DNA of 64,000 bases from Rhodospirillales bacterium (GTDB taxonomy: Bacteria > Pseudomonadota > Alphaproteobacteria > MPNO01 > UBA2964): NCBI GenBank assembly GCA_038120295.1, contig JAYOLL010000004.1, positions 5,421 through 69,420 on the forward strand. Direction: 5' to 3'. The notes beneath the pieces were generated by a model. The model was given only the letters and a program-made list of their open reading frames with translations. It had not been told where the DNA came from and did not search any database. Both the position numbers and the translations under genes were made by a program. This document shows, piece by piece, positions 59,398-64,000 of the stretch (position 1 is its first letter; each line of letters begins with the position of its first letter).

Positions 59398-60219
59398 GTG
59401 AGAATTCTGATTTGCGGCGACGTGGTGGGACGTGCGGGCAGGCGCGCCGTCTGCGATGCGCTGCCCGGGCTGCGTCGGTCGCTCGATCTCGATTTCGTTG
59501 TCGTCAACGGAGAGAACGCCGCTGGCGGCTTCGGAATCACGGCAAAAATCTGCAACCAGTTTCTCGACGCTGGCGCCGATGCCGTCACCACCGGCAACCA
59601 TGCCTGGGACCAGAAGGACATCGTGCCGCATTTCGACAAGGAAAAGCGATTGCTCCGCCCGCACAACTACCCCGAAGGAACGCCGGGGTCCGGTGTCGGC
59701 GTTTACGAGGCGCAGGACGGGCGCAGGGTGGCCGTGCTGCATTTTATGGGGCTGCTGTTCATGCCGTCGCTCGACGATCCGTTCGCGGGGGTCGACCGGG
59801 CCATGCTCAACCGGAAGATGGGCGGTGACAACGATCTGGCCGCCATCGTCGTCGATTTTCATGCCGAAGCGACCAGCGAGAAAATGGCGTTCGGCCATAT
59901 GCTGGACGGCAGGGTTTCCACGGTAGTCGGGACGCACAGCCACGTGCCCACGGCGGACTGCCAGGTCCTGCCCGGCGGCACCGGCTACATGTCCGATATC
60001 GGCATGTGCGGCGATTACGATTCCGTCATCGGCATGAAAAAGGAAGGATCGATCCATCGGTTCCGCAGCAAGCTGCCCGGCCCGCGGCTGGAGGCGGCGG
60101 GCGGAGAGGCAACGTTATGTGCGGTTCTGGTGGAAACCAACGACGCAACCGGGCTTGCCCGGTCGATCGAACCGGTCCGGATCGGCGGCAGGCTCGCGCC
60201 CGCCATGCCGACCCGTTAA
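59398..60219 (+). CDS. ymdB: YmdB family (TIGR00282) metallophosphoesterase
   Basis: GDVVG..GR; NGENAAGGFG; GNH.WD; DFHAEATSEK; GTHSHVPTAD. Confidence 0.93.
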   Translation: MRILICGDVVGRAGRRAVCDALPGLRRSLDLDFVVVNGENAAGGFGITAKICNQFLDAGADAVTTGNHAWDQKDIVPHFDKEKRLLRPHNYPEGTPGSGVGVYEAQDGRRVAVLHFMGLLFMPSLDDPFAGVDRAMLNRKMGGDNDLAAIVVDFHAEATSEKMAFGHMLDGRVSTVVGTHSHVPTADCQVLPGGTGYMSDIGMCGDYDSVIGMKKEGSIHRFRSKLPGPRLEAAGGEATLCAVLVETNDATGLARSIEPVRIGGRLAPAMPTR

Positions 60220-60231
60220 GCCGGGATAATC

Positions 60232-62457
60232 TCAGGCGGCCCGAACCGTATGCAGGAAGCTGTCGACCTGCATCTTGAGGGCTTCGCCCTGTTTCGATAG
60301 CTCTTCGGAGGCGCTCAGGACGTGGTTCGCCGTCTCGCCGGTTTCGCTGGCGGCGCGGTTCACCTGCTCGATATTGCCGGTGACGGACTGCGTGCCCGAT
60401 GCGGCCTGCTGCACATTTTCCGCGATCTCCTTTGTAGCGGAATTCTGCTGTTCGACAGCGGTGGCGACCTTTGTCGATATTTCGTTGATCTGGCCGATGA
60501 CATCCGAGATTCCCTCGATAGCCTTCACCGCATCGCCGGTCGCGTTCTGAATGTCGGAGATCTGGGTGCCGATTTCCTCGGTTGCCTTGGCTGTCTGCGT
60601 GGCAAGAGATTTGACTTCGGATGCAACGACGGCAAAGCCCTTGCCGGCTTCTCCGGCGCGCGCCGCTTCGATGGTGGCGTTGAGCGCCAGAAGGTTGGTC
60701 TGGCTGGCGATGTCGTTGATCAGGTCGACCACATCGCCGATTTTCTGAACGGCGTCCGCCAGCCCCTGCACCTTGCGGTTGGTGCTGTCCGCTTCGGCAA
60801 CGGCCTCGGTGGCGATTGTCTTCGCTTCGGAGACCTGATCGCTGATTTCGCCGACGGAACTGGAAAGCTGGCCGGCAGCGGCGGCCACGGTCTTGATGTT
60901 CGAGGTAGCCTCCTCTGACGCGGAGGCAACGGCGGAAGACCGGGTGCTGGTGTCTTCGGCCGTGCGGGTCATCTCTTCCGCCGAAGCCCGCATTTCGGTC
61001 GTCGCGCTCGATACGGCCTCAATGACGCTCATGACGTTCTTTTCGAAATCGTCCGCCATCGACAGCATCGAATTCCTGCGCTCTTCCTCCGCCCGCTGTT
61101 CCGCTTGCTGGGCCCTGAGTTTCCGTTCCTCGCTGCGCGCCTTGTTCTGTTTCCAGATATGAAGTGTGTCGCACATGTCGCCGATTTCGTCCTTCTGTCT
61201 CAGCGACGGCACTTCGACCGAAACATCGTCCGCGGCGAGCCGCTGCATGGTCTCGGTAATCAGCCGGATCGGCCTGGCAGCCCGGTGGCCGACAAACATG
61301 CCGGCGGATATGAACACGCCGACGCAGACGAGAAGGGCAGTGGCGAAAAGCATGACTATCTCGTCCCAGAGCGCAAAGGCTTCGTTGAGCGGAACGCGGA
61401 CCAGCGCCGACCAGCCGAGACCTGGATAGCCGTATGCTCCCTTGGCGAACGAATAGCCGGCTGCCTGGTCGATCTGCTTTCGCGCATGGGCTGATATCAT
61501 GGCGCCATTGCCGCCCTTGATGGCTTGCTGCGCAACTGCAACACCCGCGCTTGCGAGATTCAGCTTTCCGACGACGTCAAAGTTTCGCTTGTAGCCGGCG
61601 ATGCCCGAAAAATTCTGTCCCCTGGGATCGAAATCGACGAGGACAGTCCCCTTCCGGTCGATCAGCGTCACTTCGGTATTGGCCATGCCGTCGGCCGCCA
61701 TCTTGTCATAGAACTGCGCGACGATTTCCTCCACCAGCCCGAAATCGGCGAAGTTCACCCAGATACCGATTTTCTGGCCGAGCGAGTCGTAGACCGGCGC
61801 GCTAAAGGGGATCACATACCCGTCATCGCCATAGAGTTTCGCGATCATCTCGTTCCGGGAGGGCTGGCTGACGGCGGTGCCGGTCAGGCCGTTCTTTCCC
61901 TTGAGGAAATTTTCCGTCAAGGCATCCTTGAACCAGGGGTCGTTGGAAACCGAACGGCCCAGCAAGCCGTCCGTTGCGATGTCCTTGCCGGAAGCATCGA
62001 CCGAATTGACCGCGATAACCTTGCCGTCGAGGCTGATCAGCAGCATGAGCCTGTATATGCCGTATCCGGTCATGTAACCGTTCATGGCATGGACCAGCGG
62101 ATTATCCTTCCCGGGAAAATTCCAGTTTTCCTGCTGGTGGGCGGCGCTATTGAGGCCAAACGCCTGCACGTCGCCGTACCGTTCGAAAAGGTTGCGGTCG
62201 ATCGCGTCGTTGATGCCGACGGCATTCTCCATGACCTTCGTCGTCAGCGCCTGCTTGATCTTTCCTTCCTCGGTGAAAAGGATGCCGAACAGGGCGATGC
62301 CGGGAAGCAGCCCGAATGCTAGCAGCAGCAGGGTCAGTTTTCCGCGGACCCCGAGCGAAAGAAACCCGGTTGGTTTTTGCGTTATCGACGGATTGTCCGC
62401 TGTCGTTGTTTCGCCAGCGATAACGTCGCTTTTTTCCGTATCGGTGACTGCGTTCAT
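60232..62457 (-). CDS. Methyl-accepting chemotaxis protein, Cache-HAMP-MCP
   Basis: TM1; [14 protein letters not shown] periplasmic motif; TM2; DEIGDM; signalling hairpin; ends VRAA. Confidence 0.92.
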   Translation of the reverse strand: MNAVTDTEKSDVIAGETTTADNPSITQKPTGFLSLGVRGKLTLLLLAFGLLPGIALFGILFTEEGKIKQALTTKVMENAVGINDAIDRNLFERYGDVQAFGLNSAAHQQENWNFPGKDNPLVHAMNGYMTGYGIYRLMLLISLDGKVIAVNSVDASGKDIATDGLLGRSVSNDPWFKDALTENFLKGKNGLTGTAVSQPSRNEMIAKLYGDDGYVIPFSAPVYDSLGQKIGIWVNFADFGLVEEIVAQFYDKMAADGMANTEVTLIDRKGTVLVDFDPRGQNFSGIAGYKRNFDVVGKLNLASAGVAVAQQAIKGGNGAMISAHARKQIDQAAGYSFAKGAYGYPGLGWSALVRVPLNEAFALWDEIVMLFATALLVCVGVFISAGMFVGHRAARPIRLITETMQRLAADDVSVEVPSLRQKDEIGDMCDTLHIWKQNKARSEERKLRAQQAEQRAEEERRNSMLSMADDFEKNVMSVIEAVSSATTEMRASAEEMTRTAEDTSTRSSAVASASEEATSNIKTVAAAAGQLSSSVGEISDQVSEAKTIATEAVAEADSTNRKVQGLADAVQKIGDVVDLINDIASQTNLLALNATIEAARAGEAGKGFAVVASEVKSLATQTAKATEEIGTQISDIQNATGDAVKAIEGISDVIGQINEISTKVATAVEQQNSATKEIAENVQQAASGTQSVTGNIEQVNRAASETGETANHVLSASEELSKQGEALKMQVDSFLHTVRAA

Positions 62458-62523
62458 CGTGAAGCCCCTATGTAGCTAATTCGAGTAGCACTGGTTGTAT
62501 TTTTATCCCGTAATTTCTCCGGG

Positions 62524-62538
62524 TGAATGATCGGTTAA
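62524..62538. promoter_or_regulatory. CtrA-like box (1 mismatch) upstream of the MCP
   Basis: TGAA-TGATCGG-TTAA in an AT-rich promoter region. Confidence 0.45.
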
Positions 62539-62704
62539 TTCAGATAAAATTTTTATCGGATTGAATCCGTTTCGGCCTTGGGAGTACTACGGCGGAGCCG
62601 TCCCGGCGACCGGGGCTTGATGTGCGGTCTGTCGGTTGTGGTATAGATGTCGGGTGCCGTGATGCAGCGGCGAACCAGGAAAATCAGGAAATACGGAAGA
62701 CGAA

Positions 62705-63454
62705 ATGGCGGGACATTCCAAATTCAAGAACATCATGTACCGCAAGGGCGCGCAGGACAAAAAGCGCGCCAAGATATTCACCAAGCTGATCCGCGACATT
62801 CAGGTCGCGACACGCGCCGGCCTGCCGGATCCGGAAATGAATCCGGCGCTCAAGATGGCTGTGCAGGCGGCGAACGCGCAGAACATGCCCAAGGACAATA
62901 TCGATCGCGCGATCAAGCGGGCGAGCGGCGAGGGCGACGGCGATTCCTACGAGGAAATCCGTTACGAAGGCTACGGGCCGGGTGGTGTAGCGCTGATCGT
63001 CGATGCGCTGACGGACAACCGGAACCGGACGGCGTCCGAGGTCCGGGCGGCCTTCACCAAGTTCGGCGGGTCGCTGGGCGAAACCAACAGCGTCAGTTTC
63101 CAGTTCGACCGTGTCGGGCTGATCGCCTACCCGGCCGACGTAGCCGATGCTGACGCCATGTTCGAGGCGGCGCTGGAAGCCGGCGCCAGCGACGTCGAAT
63201 CGTCCGATGACAGTCATGAGATCGTTTGTGCGCCCGACGATTTCGGCCAGGTCCGGGCTGCGCTTGAGAAACAGTTCGGCAAGGCGGAGGAAGCCGATCT
63301 CGGCTGGCGTCCGCAATCCACCGTACCGGTCGACGAAGACAAGGTCGAGACCCTGCTGAAGCTGATCGAGGCGCTTGACGACAGCGACGACGTGCAGAGC
63401 GTCTCGGCGAATTACGAAATCGACGACGCTGTGCTGGAACGGATGGCGGGCTGA
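62705..63454 (+). CDS. yebC: YebC/PmpR family protein
   Basis: [15 protein letters not shown]; NMPKDNI.RAI; YEGYGPGG; TDNRNRT; DDVQ.V..N. Confidence 0.96.
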   Translation: MAGHSKFKNIMYRKGAQDKKRAKIFTKLIRDIQVATRAGLPDPEMNPALKMAVQAANAQNMPKDNIDRAIKRASGEGDGDSYEEIRYEGYGPGGVALIVDALTDNRNRTASEVRAAFTKFGGSLGETNSVSFQFDRVGLIAYPADVADADAMFEAALEAGASDVESSDDSHEIVCAPDDFGQVRAALEKQFGKAEEADLGWRPQSTVPVDEDKVETLLKLIEALDDSDDVQSVSANYEIDDAVLERMAG

Positions 63455-63482
63455 GACCTGCCGGTTCCCGGAACCGAAATGA

Positions 63483-63512
63483 AAAACCCCGCTTCCGGAG
63501 AAGCGGGGTTTT
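63483..63512. terminator. Bidirectional intrinsic terminator
   Basis: aaaaccccgcttc-cgga-gaagcggggtttt between convergent genes. Confidence 0.85.
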
Positions 63513-63536
63513 CCGTTAACAGTGGTCTGACGCCCG

Positions 63537-64000
63537 TTACGCGGCCCGGACGTCTTTCAGGAACCGGTCAAACTGTTCCCTGAGACTCTCGCCCTGCTGC
63601 GACAGTTCCGCAGCGACGCTCAGGACCTGGCTGGCGGCTGATCCCGTCTCGGACGCCATCTTGCTGACATGGACGATATTGCCGTTCACCTCGTTGGTGC
63701 CGGCCGCCGCCTGCTGCACGTTGCTGGCGATCTCCTGCGTAGACGCGCCCTGTTCCTCCACCGCCGCGGCGATCGCCGTCGAAATGTCGCTGATCTGACC
63801 GATTGTGCCCGAGATCTGCTCGATCGCAGTGACGGCATCTGTGGTGGCGTCCTGTATACCGACGATCTGGCCGCCGATTTCCTCGGTCGCCTTTGCGGTC
63901 TGGTTGGCAAGCGATTTGACTTCCGATGCGACGACGGCAAAACCCTTGCCCGCCTCGCTGGCGCGCGCGGCCTCGATCGTTGCGTTGAGCGCCAGCAGGT
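63537..64000 (-). CDS. Methyl-accepting chemotaxis protein, 3' part, truncated by window end
   Basis: [31 protein letters not shown]...[11 protein letters not shown]...VRAA. Confidence 0.9.
   Translation of the reverse strand, partial: LLALNATIEAARASEAGKGFAVVASEVKSLANQTAKATEEIGGQIVGIQDATTDAVTAIEQISGTIGQISDISTAIAAAVEEQGASTQEIASNVQQAAAGTNEVNGNIVHVSKMASETGSAASQVLSVAAELSQQGESLREQFDRFLKDVRAA

Overview
GC-rich alphaproteobacterial chromosome segment, Rhodospirillales-like judging by gene order, 6S RNA context and CtrA boxes. No rRNA, tRNA, CRISPR, integrase or transposase is recognisable. 0-35 kb is accessory catabolism and transport: a 15-kb minus-strand run (amidase, hydantoinase/oxoprolinase A+B, bacterioferritin, GMC oxidase, N-acyl-D-amino-acid deacylase, TauD, mini-DsbB-like, TctC-like binding protein, two MFS permeases), a DctPQM TRAP system, and an oxalate locus (gntR-oxc-frc plus an atypical CoA ligase) divergent from prpF-tctC-tctAB-prpF. 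34-47 kb is conserved core: DUF1013/TrcR, DUF1192, a candidate CtrA-driven sRNA, rcdA-like, rpmE, MsbA-like ABC, a non-flagellar MotA/MotB-like pair with a Pro-rich OmpA protein, suhB, efp, epmB, epmA. 47-55.7 kb is an accessory block: amber-interrupted tctC-like gene, three tandem TauD genes, PAS chemoreceptor, truncated globin with an ATA start, Cache chemoreceptor. The end holds thiE, fbaB, zapA-6S-ygfA-ymdB-yebC and two more chemoreceptors. Best novelty candidates are the orphan MotAB/ZorAB-like motor, the CtrA-box sRNA next to rcdA, the globin/heme-PAS chemoreceptor module, the TTT/PrpF/CoA-ligase oxalate locus and the binding-protein + MFS-pair cassette. All calls come from motif recognition by eye; no database searches were run.
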